From: the human T2T-CHM13v2.0 reference genome, Homo sapiens
DNA: 64,000 bases
Direction: 5' to 3' (one strand)
NCBI RefSeq assembly: GCF_009914755.1
Contig: NC_060943.1
Position numbers and translations under genes: made by a program. The notes under the pieces are model-generated. The model did no database searches. It had not been told where the DNA came from and worked only from the letters and a program-made list of their open reading frames with translations. Shown here piece by piece: positions 1 to 25,543 of the stretch. Each line of letters begins with the position of its first letter. Position 1 is the stretch's first letter.

Positions 1-215
1 CCACTCCAGATTTCTTTAACCACCACTCTACTCTCTACTTCTTTGAGGTTGTTTTAGATTCCACATATAAGTGAATACATGCAGCATTTGTCTTTGTGTC
101 TGGCTTATTTCCCTTAGCAAAATGTTCTCCAGTTCCATCCATGTTGTCACAAATGACAGAATTTCCTTTTTTTTTTTAAGGGTGAAAAATATTCCATTGT
201 ATATATAGTAGTTTT
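1..215 (-). mobile_element. L1 (L1MA/MB-type) 3' end fragment
   Basis: ttttagattccacatataagtg...gttccatccatgttgtcacaaatgacagaatttcc...tattccattgtatatata resembles the antisense L1 3'UTR consensus. Confidence 0.7.
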
Positions 216-477
216 TTTAAACTTACACTGAAGGTCTTGAGACACACAGTTTACTGATTTTCCTGTTTGGGAATATATATGGGTGTGTACATATATGTGG
301 TTGTATGTGATAATGTATACGTGTCTTTATAGTAAATATACTTTATGAGAGCTATATATGTATTAACACATTTCATAAGATGAAATCTGAATTTATTGAA
401 AAGGCAGGCAAGTTGGTAGCTGCAGAACACAATTTAGCCTCCCTTTGACTGTAAATGTGTCTTTATATATACACTGA

Positions 478-1065
<588 letters not shown>

Positions 1066-1724
1066 TGAGACAGACTTAACACAGGAGTGAGGTTTTTAGT
1101 AAGTGGATAGGCTGAAGGAGGAGGCTCCAGGAATGCCCTCCAGAATCACACCTCAGAACTGGCCGTGAAGGAGCTGCTATGCCACCTCTCCTGCTGTCAG
1201 GAAGCTTAGGTGTGATCTGGTGAACTAGAGGCTGTCTTTGCCACCGAACCGTTGGCTCCAAAGCCTTGTTCTGTCTGTGTCTACACAATGGCTACCTTTT
1301 GCTATGTGGTCTTTCTTTCTACTTCACTCTGTCTCAAGTTCATGTTTCTCTCTAGTAGACCTGATTAGCAGACCCCTAATCATATCTGAAACCCTAGCTG
1401 CTAAGGGGTCTGGGAAAGGTAGTTCTTTCTTTTCAGTTCCTGCAATACATGAAGCACAACAGAAAGATATTGGAACGGATGGTTGAATAACCCCTGTACT
1501 ATATCTGTCACACTCACCCCAAAAAGGAAAGACAAGTATTTTAAGTCACCTCCAACGTGCTTTTGAGTACATAGGGTCTAGAAAGTTTGATTGGAGTGTA
1601 CCAGAGGGGAAGGGGATGGTGTGAAGGCTCCCTCTGGAAGGCGCGGCGGTGGGTGGCTGGAGCCGAAGGATTAGAATAAACCTCCCAAATGTGCTCGGAC
1701 CTCATTCACTGAGTATTTTTCCAG

Positions 1725-2074
1725 AAACAGGGAAACAGCCTTGCAGCTGAGGACTGGTGTGAAGGTGCTGATGACTGGGGAAGTGATACTGAGGAGGGGC
1801 CTTCACCACAGTTTACCTTGGATTTTGGGAATGATGCCAGCAGTGCCAAAGACGTAGACTGGACTGCTCGGCTCCAAGACCTCCGCCTGCAGGATGCTGT
1901 CCTGGGTGCTGCCCATCCTGTGCCTCCTGGGCTGCCGCTCTTCCTGCCCTACTACATCTGTGTTGCAGATGAGGATGATTACAGGGACTTTGTCAACCTG
2001 GATCATGCCCACAGCCTTCTGAGGGACTATCAGCAGAGAGAAGGCATTGCCATGGATCAGTTGCTTTCCCAAAG
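1725..2074 (+). CDS. PDCD2L: PDCD2L internal coding exon (probably exon 4), KQGNSLAAEDWCEGADDW...AMDQLLSQS
   Basis: ttttccag acceptor, ag|gtgagg donor; 350 nt, in frame with ORF 1818-2078; translation recognised as PDCD2-like protein. Confidence 0.93.
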
Positions 2075-2676
2075 GTGAGGATGTGTGCTGCTGAGGTTGA
2101 GAGGTGACTGGATTGGGAAGCAGCCACAAGAGTTACCCTTCAGTTTCACCACAGGACCTGGGGAAACTTTCAGGCAGAACTTGTATGTAGGACCTTTTTG
2201 CTTCACTTCCTTATCAGCCAACTTGAGTTAGCTTGAAAACCCTGCTCTATTTATAATTGCCGTTAAGAAAGTGAAGATGAACAAACAGAAGTTAGAGATG
2301 GCAAGTATTTATAGAAGACGCGTTCACTGACTCTTAAATTTTCTTTTATATTTCTAATATGTCTTTATAGCAGAGACAGGCAAGTTAGAAAACTACCATT
2401 TGATCTGGGATAATAAGATTGGGGTGAAAAAATGGAAAAAGGAAAAGAAAAACGCCATTTGTTTATTGACTCTTGGCTGTGGCTCCAGAACTGGCCCAGG
2501 ACCTCAGAGATGCTTTCAGATCCTCAATTCTGTAAAATGAGAGTGATGGTGATATCTCTGTTCTCTGTTTCATCCCATGATTTTTTGAGAGTTAAGCGAG
2601 AGGGTAGATCTTGAAAGGCTTTATAAACCAAAGCTCTCTAAAGAGGTAAGAATGATCATTTTTGCTTATTGATTGA

Positions 2677-6201
<3,525 letters not shown>

Positions 6202-6301
6202 TGATAAAATTTTTTAAAAGAAAATTATCTTGTTTTGTCTTGCAAATGCTGTAATTTTCTGGATATAGACATTCAAAAGTGTTTTCTGCTTCTGTTTTTA
6301 G

Positions 6302-6412
6302 CCTTCCTAATGATGGTGATGAAAAATATGAGAAGACCATAATTAAAAGTGGAGATCAGACGTTTTACAAATTCATGAAGCGAATTGCTGCTTGTCAGGA
6401 GCAGATTTTGAG
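6302..6412 (+). CDS. PDCD2L: PDCD2L coding exon ([37 protein letters not shown])
   Basis: tgtttttag acceptor, ag|gtaaaa donor; 111 nt, phase 2/2 joins both neighbours; PDCD2_C domain motif F.KF..RI...EQILRY. Confidence 0.93.
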
Positions 6413-6720
6413 GTAAAAAAAGGCACAGTTCCTTTTATTGTTTTCCTTGATTATAAAGGAATACATATTAGTTTGGAAAACACAGGAAAATATGAGAAAA
6501 GCAAAACCTACAGTATTCCCCAAACCAAGAGAGAACCTAATACCTGCTTTATAGGACCTAATACCTACTTTATAGGATGTGTAGGAGGATTCAGTAAGGT
6601 AAAGTGCACTCATTTGTCTAACAAATACTTACGAAGTCTATTCTGCATGCCAGTTGCTGGTATTTGTAGGTGCTGCAGATATAGCAAGAAACGGCACAGA
6701 TGAAGTCCATGTTCTCATAG

Positions 6721-8785
<2,065 letters not shown>

Positions 8786-9399
8786 TAAGAATTTTCAGTT
8801 AATAATATTATGTCTGGAAGGAAGCACACAGGAGGAGAGTTTGCATCTCCTAATGTGGAGGATGGTGGACCCAGCTGTTGGCTGAAGAACTGGGTGTGGT
8901 GGGGAGGTGGTGTAGGAAAGGACGGGGATTGCCTCTCAGAAGCAACATTCCTTTGTTCCATGAGTCAGAGCAATGATTGGAAAGTTAAGGGCAATTTCGC
9001 CTCCATTCGAGTGGGATCTTTCTCAACATACAGCATTTTACACTGTCTCAGAGGAAAAAGCAAAGCCCAGGTATTCTAATAAAGATTGCATCCAGTCCCA
9101 GAAGAACTATCTCCTCACCCCAGTTTCCTCTTTTACCACCTACAGAAATGTAGAGGAAATGGACAGTACTCTTAGAGAGAGGAAAACAGGCCTCATATGA
9201 GATGGACAGGAAATCAATGAGAACCTCTGCAGACATTTCAGAGCAAATAGATGGTCTTAACTGAGTTGCCCCCTTTAGGTGTGAGCTAGATGAAAAATAG
9301 CATGCCACCCAGGTAATCATACTGTGGCAAGAACAGTTAAGGAAATGAAGAGAACATAGAAAAGGCTCAAGAACCAAGTCTGCCAGAAAATATAATCCA

Positions 9400-10192
<793 letters not shown>

Positions 10193-10514
10193 TTAAGGAA
10201 CATAATAGACTTGGCTAAAGATCAAAGTACTGGTATAGAGGAAAGACTTGAGCTAATCCAGTGAATGCAGAAGAAAAAGAGAAAGCATTCAGAGAGAAGA
10301 TGGTATCTTTGAAGGGTTGATAAATATATTTACTATGAGGAGAATTGGTGTCCAAAATAGAGAACGCAATAGATGGATCAGAAACTATTCAAAGATAAAA
10401 TTGGGAATTTTTCCTTAATGAAATAAGAACTAAATATGCAAATACTAAAATACAGGGAGTATAAGAATAGTTGACATTGAGAAACCTAGCCTGGTGGTGG
10501 TTTTAAAAATATCG

Positions 10515-11660
10515 TCAGTCTTTTAAATGTAGCCATTCTAGTAGGTGGTGGTGGTGGTATTTCCTTGTGGTTTGAATTTGCATTTTCCTAATAACAAATG
10601 ATGTTGTGCATCTTTCCATATACTCATTTGACATCTGTGTATCTTCTGTAGTGAAGTGTGTCTGTTTACATTTATTTTTCAGCAGCTTTATTGAGATACA
10701 ATTGACATACAACAGACTGCGTATATTTTTACAGTGTGCACTTTGATAAGTTGACATCCATATACACCCCTGAAATCACAACAGTCAAGACAGTAAACAT
10801 ATTCCTCTCTGCCAGGAGTTTCCTCATACTTCTTCGCAAGTTCTTGCCTACCCTGTCCTGTGCTGCTCCCCTAGTCCCCAGGCAACCGCCAATCATCTTT
10901 CTGTTGCACCTTAGTGCATTTCCTGTGAAAGTATATAAGGTCATATGGGATATACTTTTTTTTTTTGGTCTGGTTTTATTCACTTAGAATACTTCAAGAT
11001 TCATTCTTATTGCATGTATCAATAGTTCATTCCTTTTGACCGCTGTGTCGTATTCCATTGTATGGATGTGCCACTATACATTTACCAGTTGATGGATATT
11101 TGGGTTATTTCCAGTGTTTGGCTATTATAAATAAAGCTGCTGTGAACATTTGTTTACATCTCTTTGTAAGACATGTTCTGATTTTGGGGGGGTAGATACC
11201 TAGGAATAGAACGGTTGTATTATATGGGATATGCATGTTTAACTTGTTAAGAAACAGGCCAGTTTTCCAAAGTGGTTATGCCATTTCTATTCCCACTAGC
11301 AGTTTTTAAGAATTCTACTTCCTGTATATCTTTGCTAATGCTTGGGATGTTCAGTTTTTAATTTTAGCCATTTAAGAAGGTGTGTAGTGGCATTTTATTG
11401 TGGCTTTAATTTGCATTTCCCCAAATGGCAAATGATGTTGAGCATCATTTCAAGTGCTTGTTTTCCATCTCTGTATATCATCTTGGATAATGTGTCATTC
11501 AAATCTCTCACCATATTGTTTGTGTTACTGAGTTGTAGGAATTCTTCATATGGTCAAGAGTACAAGTCCTTTTTCAATTTAATTTTTTTTAGCACTCAAA
11601 CAGATTCTGACAGATGGCTTTAAATTTTGATCAAGTTCAACTTAACAGTTATGGTTTTTT
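10515..11660 (-). mobile_element. Nested old L1 (L1ME/MB-type) 3' fragments
   Basis: tagccattctagtaggtgg...tttgcattttcctaataacaaatgatgttg; cagctttattgagatacaattgacatacaac; ataaagctgctgtgaacatt. Confidence 0.7.
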
Positions 11661-11714
11661 TAACACGGAATATGCAGTCCCTTTAATGTAATCATTGGTA
11701 TTGTTGGGTTAATT

Positions 11715-13385
<1,671 letters not shown>

Positions 13386-13413
13386 CTGAAGTGAATGTTT
13401 CCTCCCTCTAAGG

Positions 13414-13768
13414 CAGAGGTCCCCAACCTTTTTGGCATCAGGGACTGGTTCATGGAAGGCAATTTTTTCACAGACTGAGGTGGGGGATGTGGGGCATGGT
13501 TTTGGGATGAAACTGTTCACCTCAGATCATAAGGCTTTAGATTCTCAGAAGGAGCACACAACCTAGATCCCTTGCATGTGCAGTTCACAATAGGATTTGC
13601 GCTCCTATGAGAATCTAATGCTGCTGATACGACGGGAGGTGGAGATCAGGTGGTAATGCTCGCTTGGCTGTTGCTCACCTCCTGCTGCATGGCCCTATTC
13701 CTAATAGGCTACCAACCAGTACTGGTCCATGGCCTGGGGGTCCATGGCCTGGGGGTTGGGGACTTCTT
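13414..13768. mobile_element. MER1B-like hAT-Charlie DNA transposon, full length with TIRs and 8-bp TSD
   Basis: Ends cagaggtccccaacc ... ggttggggacttctt (imperfect inverted repeat); identical 8-bp flanks CTCTAAGG at 13406-13413 and 13769-13776. Confidence 0.85.
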
Positions 13769-14087
13769 CTCTAAGGCATGCCCTTTCCTCTGTAAGGCCA
13801 GTGATGTGGAGGGCTGATTCCATTTAATCTGCAGTGGAGCTGAGTCTGGACTTTGTTGCAGCTTTACCTAGATTCAGTTGAACATTGGCTTTAGTGCCTT
13901 TGAGACTTTGAATCGAACACTGACAAGATTTCCAGATATCTTGCTATGCTTTACAGCCATGGTGCTAGGTTTTTGGGCCTCTGGGAGATTTCTGCAAGAA
14001 ACAAAGAAAGGTTGCAAAGCATGGCCTTAGATGCTAGAATGCGACTTGTGTGGCTCTGATTCGGGGTTCTTTGTTTCCTTGTCCTAG

Positions 14088-14236
14088 GTATTCCTGGAGT
14101 GGAGAGCCACTCTTTTTGACCTGCCCTACATCAGAAGTCACCGAGCTCCCAGCCTGCAGCCAGTGTGGAGGCCAAAGGATATTTGAGTTTCAGCTTATGC
14201 CAGCACTGGTCAGCATGCTCAAGAGTGCTAATTTAG
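14088..14236 (+). CDS. PDCD2L: PDCD2L coding exon (YSWSGEPLFLTCPTSEVTELPACSQCGGQRIFEFQLMPALVSMLKSANL)
   Basis: ttccttgtcctag acceptor, g|gtgaga donor; 149 nt; CxxC plus FEFQLMP PDCD2_C signature. Confidence 0.95.
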
Positions 14237-14376
14237 GTGAGAAGCCCTTTATTAATTTGAGTTTGTGGATTTCTGGCATTATTTTTAAATAAATGAAAAA
14301 CCTTTTGTTTACTTATAAAATATCATAAGCAAATTACAGAAAATTTGGGAATTAAAAAATTATTTTAAGAAATTTA

Positions 14377-16358
<1,982 letters not shown>

Positions 16359-16867
16359 AGTATCATAATTATCACAGCTATTTGGATAGCCTTAGTTCTA
16401 TGTGTAAATGGATTCAGTGTTTATCACCACTCTTAGAGTGAGCTTTTTTATTCCTGTTTTATTTTGATTCTTTTTGCAGTAGCTGGATTTTCTCAAGTAA
16501 TAGCTTTAAGGAGGGCTCAGAGGTATCTTGCTTCAGATTGTGCATGGTAATGTGGCTTCATATTTGAGGGGCAACCCATGTATAAAATTTTTAAATCCCA
16601 CTTTCTCTTTTCAGAACCTTGTATAGACCCCTGTGTTGTCTTCTGACAGTGAAAGCCCTGCCAGCCCTTTGCCCTGGTGCCTCCTGTCATTTCTTGGTGG
16701 TTCAGTCTCACTGGGAAATATATTTTTCTGGAAGGGCTTATGGGCATTCTAGTCTCTGAGATTTTTCACTCATATAGAAATGTCTTTTGCATGGAATGTA
16801 GCTTTGTAGAGGTATGAGGGTGGTCTGATTTTTTCCCCCTTTGTGACTAACATTTTTGCCACAATAC

Positions 16868-18233
<1,366 letters not shown>

Positions 18234-18557
18234 CAAAAGCTATGTATATCACATGAACCATGTAGATTAATATAGATTTTCAACATCAGATAGCTAGACA
18301 GTTATAATGAACACTTGCTGAAATTTTTGTTTATTTTTAAAGTATATTTTCCTGCCACTTTAAATTAATTTTGCTTTTTTGTTATCAATATTCACTTATT
18401 ATAGGATAGACTGTGATTCTGTTATAGCTGAAAGCAGTAAGCACTGTTTTTGCTTTACCTAATTACTTTTTCAGCTTATAAGGTAAAATCATTCCTTTTA
18501 GTAACATCAGTCTCATAACTCTTTTTGCTGGAAGCCTGAATATGTGGTATTTTTCAG

Positions 18558-18688
18558 GTCTTTCTGTGGAATTTGGAACAATTCTAGTTTACACATGTGA
18601 GAAGAGTTGCTGGCCCCCAAATCATCAGACTCCCATGGAAGAATTTTGTATTATACAAGAAGACCCAGATGAATTATTGTTTAAGTAG
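18558..18688 (+). CDS. PDCD2L: PDCD2L last coding exon (GLSVEFGTILVYTCEKSCW...EDPDELLFK*)
   Basis: atttttcag acceptor, frame continuous from the previous exon, TAG at 18686-18688; EFGT..VYTC..SCW motif. Confidence 0.95.
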
Positions 18689-18711
18689 AGCATTTCCTTT
18701 TATTAATATAA

Positions 18712-18717
18712 ATTAAA
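18712..18717 (+). terminator. PDCD2L polyadenylation signal ATTAAA (very short 3'UTR)
   Basis: ATTAAA 23 nt after the stop, with downstream GT-rich tgtttgtatgt. Confidence 0.7.
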
Positions 18718-19664
18718 ACAAATGTTTACATCCAAATATGTTTGTATGTACCTTATTTTAACTCACAAGTTATTAACCTCTGTTTTTCTGAGTTGCCTTT
18801 TTGCCTTTGGGTGCTGGTGCCGGGGCCGGGGCCGGGCCAGGACCTCCTGACTGTGGGTTGGTCTGCCCTTCCAGGGTCCAGGGCCAGCTGTCACAGTGGC
18901 AGCTAGGAAGGTAGCTCCTCTCTAGTCCAGAGGGCTGGTGTTGTCTGCACAGCCGTTCTGGTGGGCATTCTAGGGGGGAGGAGAGCAGCGAAAGAGCCAA
19001 GAGCAGTGGTCAGCCTCTTGTGTACACCTCTGACACGTGCACTCCAGTGCTTCCTATGCTGTTTCTGGCACCTGATCAAGCCACTGAACCTGCTCTAGCT
19101 GCTGGAGGTTTTTGCTCTGTGACCCTGGCTGTTTAGACCTGCCCATGTTCATCAGCCCAGGTCCCCGCCCTCACCCACTCCCATCTTCTGCTCCTGCAGT
19201 ATCCCAGGAAGGGGTCTTTACTCCGTTCTGGAGACTGTCCCTTTATCCAGCTGCCTTCCAGTCTTCCCCTTTCTTTATTTTTAACATGATCAACCCCTTC
19301 CCTTCAGCCCCATAACAGCAGTATAAAAACACTCCCAGCCATGTTCAGACATGCTCTGCCTATGTAGATGAGGATAATGAGGCCTAGGTGATCATGGGGT
19401 GGGCTTGTTTCTTGCATTTAACATTATATTTGGAGCATTTTCCCATTAATATTTTTCCCACAACATAATTTATAATTGCTCTATTTTTTAAATATACATC
19501 AAAAGCTTTATACAATTTTTAGCCACTTGTATTTTCCAATTTTTATTCCCATGATGGCCATCCCTGTAACTAAATTTATATATATTTTAAATCAATGATA
19601 ACTGCTACAGGACAGTTTCCTAGAATTGGAATGAATGAGTCAAAAGTTGTGCACAATTTTAGGG

Positions 19665-20541
<877 letters not shown>

Positions 20542-20759
20542 TTTATGGTTTACATTTTAATACGCTTATTGATCATATTGTCCAATTTTTTGTGAGTTTC
20601 CTGTTCACATCCTTTGCCTATATTTTTTTGGGGGTGACACTTGTTAATTTGTAAGAGCTCTTTACGTATAGGGACATCAGTTTTCTAACCTGTAAGGAAG
20701 TCTTGGCTGGGAGTTGAAACCCCAGGCTAGAAGGCGACCCTTAGACTTTTTAGGTCTGA

Positions 20760-21760
20760 TGGCGGGCCTATGCTGGTGTGGGAATAACACCGCCGGTCTC
20801 AGCTGGAGGTCGCCAGCCCTTTGCAAGAGCCTGCCGGTCCCCGCGGGCTGCAGCACACCCCGGCGCGATGTGCCCTGCCTGTGTCTGCCGGAGGCTGTAG
20901 TGCGCAGGAGCGGAAACCAGGCCGCCCTTCCCCCACCCGCTTCCGGCCGCGGCTCGGTTCTCCCGCCTCCGCCTCCGCCGCGGCTCGTGGTTGTCCCGCC
21001 ATGGCACTGTCGCGGGGGCTGCCCCGGGAGCTGGCTGAGGCGGTGGCCGGGGGCCGGGTGCTGGTGGTGGGGGCGGGCGGCATCGGCTGCGAGCTCCTCA
21101 AGAATCTCGTGCTCACCGGTTTCTCCCACATCGACCTGGTGAGGGCCGGGCGCGCGCGCGTGAATGGCGGGCTGTGGTGCGGGGGCTGGGATTCGGGGGT
21201 TCCGGGGCTCCAGGGGCTCTGAGGCTCAGGGCCCGGAGCCCGGGACCGGAGTTGCGGAGCGGGGGCAGGCTGAGAGGCTCGGGTTGTGCCCCCCCCGCGG
21301 GAGGAGACTGTTCTTTGGGCACGGGGCGGGCCTCCGCTCGCTGGGCCGGCTCCGGACGCCGAGGAGGCCGCGGGCCCCCGCCTCCCCGGCAGCGCCAATG
21401 TGTGGCGCTTCGTGGGCGTGAAGCCGCCTCTTATCCTCCCTTCAAAACAAATTCCCGGCTGTTAGGAGATGCGGGAGAGGATTGAGTCCCTCGCGGATGT
21501 TGTGACTTTAATTTGGAGGTCCCTGTCGTAACTCCGAAGTAACGACGCGGGGCGGAGGATGGCAATGATAGCGACCAACGCGTCCCGAGCGCTGGTCACG
21601 AGTGGGTTTACACACGGAACGCGCACCATCTTCATACCACCCGAGGAGTGCAAACGCTATTTCCACCCTGCTTTATTTTTAACAGATGAGGAAAGGGAGA
21701 CGCAATGGGGTTGAGTAACTTACCCTGGGTCACGGAGCGAGTGGCAGGGCTCCCGCAGGC
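20760..21760 (+). promoter_or_regulatory. UBA2 CpG-island, TATA-less promoter, exon 1 and start of intron 1
   Basis: Very high GC and CpG density; ETS/GABP-type CGGAA (20911) and CTTCCGG (20940-20946); GC boxes; strong Kozak cccgccATGG. Confidence 0.9.
21001..21138 (+). CDS. UBA2: UBA2 exon 1 CDS (MALSRGLPRELAEAVAGGRVLVVGAGGIGCELLKNLVLTGFSHIDL)
   Basis: ATG in Kozak context, GAGGIG nucleotide-binding motif of E1 enzymes, ctg|gtgagg donor; 138 nt. Confidence 0.97.
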
Positions 21761-22192
21761 TGCGTGACTGTCATTGCTCTCACAGTAGACGGTACACTCG
21801 CTTGTTTCATTAAAGACGTTAGGACTGTGCCTTTTGCATTGGTGTACGTTGACAAGCCAGTGCTATTTTGAATCGTTATTTCTACTAATGCAAACTTTTT
21901 AGAGATTGGAGATGTTACTGGCCCTTCGGTGTGAGTTTAAAGTGTCTTAAGGGCTAGTGGAAACATGGAATGAACAAAAAAGTACGGGTGGCCGACTGAG
22001 TCATTGTTTCTTTCCTTTATGTATTATATATTTAAGCAAAAATTAGATAAAACTTAAAACATGATACTTTTTTAACCATGTGTAAAAGTTTCCTTTCACA
22101 GTTCTCAGGTTAATAGTAAATGAAATTGTGTATGGATGAAGGCTTGAATTAAGGGAGGCAGCAAAAATTCAATAAACGTTTGCCATGTATCA

Positions 22193-22773
<581 letters not shown>

Positions 22774-23143
22774 GTGTAGAGAAATATGTTAATATATTTT
22801 CAGTTAGTGTTTACCTCGACAGCGCATATAGTTTTAATGAATTCACATATTTTTATGGCATCCAGGGAGTTTCCTGAAATATTTTCCAGGATGATTAAAC
22901 AAACAAAATATACCATTCTTTCAAAGTATTTTTGAGAAGTTTATCTCTGACATTAAATCTAGATTCTTACATGCATTAAATTATTCTTTATCAGTTTAAC
23001 AATTTTGGTATGGCGATTCGAAAAACGCTTTCTCCACTAATGTAGCAGATATCAAAAGTTCTGGATTACAGGTGCTGAGAGTAGTGATACAGCTCAAACA
23101 TACGTAAACGTTTGTCATTTATCTGGGGTTTATGCATTTGTAG

Positions 23144-23227
23144 ATTGATCTGGATACTATTGATGTAAGCAACCTCAACAGACAGTTTTTGTTTCAAAAG
23201 AAACATGTTGGAAGATCAAAGGCACAG
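23144..23227 (+). CDS. UBA2: UBA2 exon 2 ([28 protein letters not shown])
   Basis: ttgtag / gtaact; 84 nt; D.[14 protein letters not shown] E1 adenylation motif. Confidence 0.97.
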
Positions 23228-23619
23228 GTAACTATATTTCTCATACCATTTCTATAACTTGATGGAGCTTCTATTTGTGATACCAGATTAATCCTGCCTG
23301 TCATATAGGAGGGAAAAAATGGGTGAAGCTCTCATTTCAGCTGAGAGATTGTGAAGGATAAAGATATATCAAGTAAAGGACTAAAGATTAAGCCCTCCTT
23401 TTTTGTTCTAAAAAGGAAATAATCCCGTGATGGTGTAACTTTCATGGCCTCTTTATATTTAAGTTTCTGATGCTTTGCTTAGGATGCACCTTGTGTTCCT
23501 ACACCCCCTAGAGGTTGACTACTGCTATGTTTGGGGGCTAGAGGAGCGTTATGCTGCTGTCCTAGTTGAAACAAGACAGTTCCCCCGATCTTTGTTTAGT
23601 TTTTTTAGTGTTCCTTGGT

Positions 23620-24140
23620 GATTCAGAGTCTTAAAACATCTTTTCCCTTTGCCTGTCTCCCAACCTGTTTGGCAAACCCCCACTTGTTTCTCTTTTTCTT
23701 TCATATTTTGGCTTCCTCCTCCAGGAGTACTTTCCTAAACCTTTTAGACTAAGTCAGGTTGGTTTTTCTCTCATAACAACCTTTACTTTACTTTTCCTAT
23801 CATTTTCTTTTCTTTTTTTTTTTTTTTTTTTTTTTAGAGATAGGGTCTCACTCTGTCGCCCCAGGCTGGAGTGGAGTGATGCGGTCATGGCTTACTGCAG
23901 CCTAGAACTCCTGGCCTCAAGGGATCCTCCTACACTGGCCTCCCAAGTGCTGGGATTACAGGCATGAGCCACCATGCCTGGCCTTTTCCTGTCATTCTCA
24001 TGGCATTTATCAGAGTCTGTAGTTGAACTTAATCTGGATTGTTATTTGATTAATGTCTCTCTTGCTTGACATGTACGTTGTATAGTTCCTGGTACATGCA
24101 AGATGCTCAGTAAATACTTGTTAAGTGAATGAATGAATGA
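23620..24140 (+). mobile_element. L2 3' relic interrupted by an antisense Alu monomer (23805-23983)
   Basis: ttcctggtacatgcaagatgctcagtaaatacttgttaagtgaatgaatgaatga is the typical L2 terminus. Confidence 0.6.
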
Positions 24141-24427
24141 CACTTGGTTACTTCATGTTGTATTTTTGCTGAAGCTTGCCATTCATGTAGAAGTGTGTTT
24201 GGTGGTACGTGGGTCAGGGGGGGCTCTCCGGTTATTTTATAAGTATAAAAGTATAATTTTATAAGTGTAGCTTAACCCTAATGCAATTTTCTCACATTTT
24301 TGGACTTCTTTGGTGTTTAATATAAATAAGGTACTATGTAAGTAGATAACAGCATTGTGGCTTCCAGAAGCAGATTTCAGATAGGAACAGAAATATTGTA
24401 GTAATTCAGTGTTGTTTATTTTTCCAG

Positions 24428-24498
24428 GTTGCCAAGGAAAGTGTACTGCAGTTTTACCCGAAAGCTAATATCGTTGCCTACCATGACAGCATCATGAA
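24428..24498 (+). CDS. UBA2: UBA2 exon 3 (VAKESVLQFYPKANIVAYHDSIMN)
   Basis: tttccag / gtatgc; 71 nt; frame consistent. Confidence 0.96.
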
Positions 24499-25155
24499 GT
24501 ATGCTATAGTGATTACATTGCAAAGTTGTATAAAGTATAAGGGTTTTGTAAGCCAAATATATAAGCTCAAAGTCATTCAGCTTTTTTAAAAAAAATGATT
24601 TTTCTAGAATTATTAAACAGTGGTGGTTTCTGCTTACAGAGTGGCATTCTTTTTACCAGTTCATAAATACATGGTTTGAATGATTTAGAATGGTGAGATA
24701 GTTTAATACTTTTAATAAATAAGTTACTTGGAAATTTATAAAGACCTTATATGCTTGCCTTAAGTAAGAAGATATTTTAAACTATGAAATATCCTTATTT
24801 ATGATGATTCAGACTTTTCTAAAGTGTTTGCCTTTTTTTGTTTAAAAGTTTCCCTCCCAAAATAATCTGTAGTATGACTCTGACTTCTGTAATATAACAC
24901 TTGGAATTGTGGTAGGGCAGTAGTATTGACAGTACATAAATATATTTATCTCAGTAAAGATAGAGTAAATATATAATTTTGGAGGAGTTGGAGCAAAGGA
25001 ACTGTGGGCCGAAATTGTCCTTTATCTATGGTGGTTTAGCTTGCAAGTAAATAGTGTTAAAAATAGTCCTTGTTTGAGGTACTGGAATTGAGGTACTTAA
25101 CACTTTCTCAGGGCATTTGTATCTCCGGATTGTGTTTTTTTTGTGTGTGAGATAG

Positions 25156-25543
<388 letters not shown>

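Noticed and set aside
18773-19000. Minus-strand 75-aa ORF ending PAPAPAPAPKGKKATQK, superficially like a ribosomal-protein or histone tail pseudogene
   Set aside because: The PA repeat comes from the CCGGGG hexamers; non-ATG start, no poly-A/TSD, and no parent gene I can recognise. BLASTN or BLASTX would settle it
20821-21000. 60-codon in-frame upstream extension of UBA2 from a TTG
   Set aside because: Most of it probably lies upstream of the transcription start (within the promoter motifs), and ATG 21001 has an optimal Kozak context; Ribo-seq would be needed
20677-21653. Several overlapping 100-200 aa ORFs on both strands at the UBA2 5' end
   Set aside because: Expected stop-codon depletion in a GC-rich CpG island
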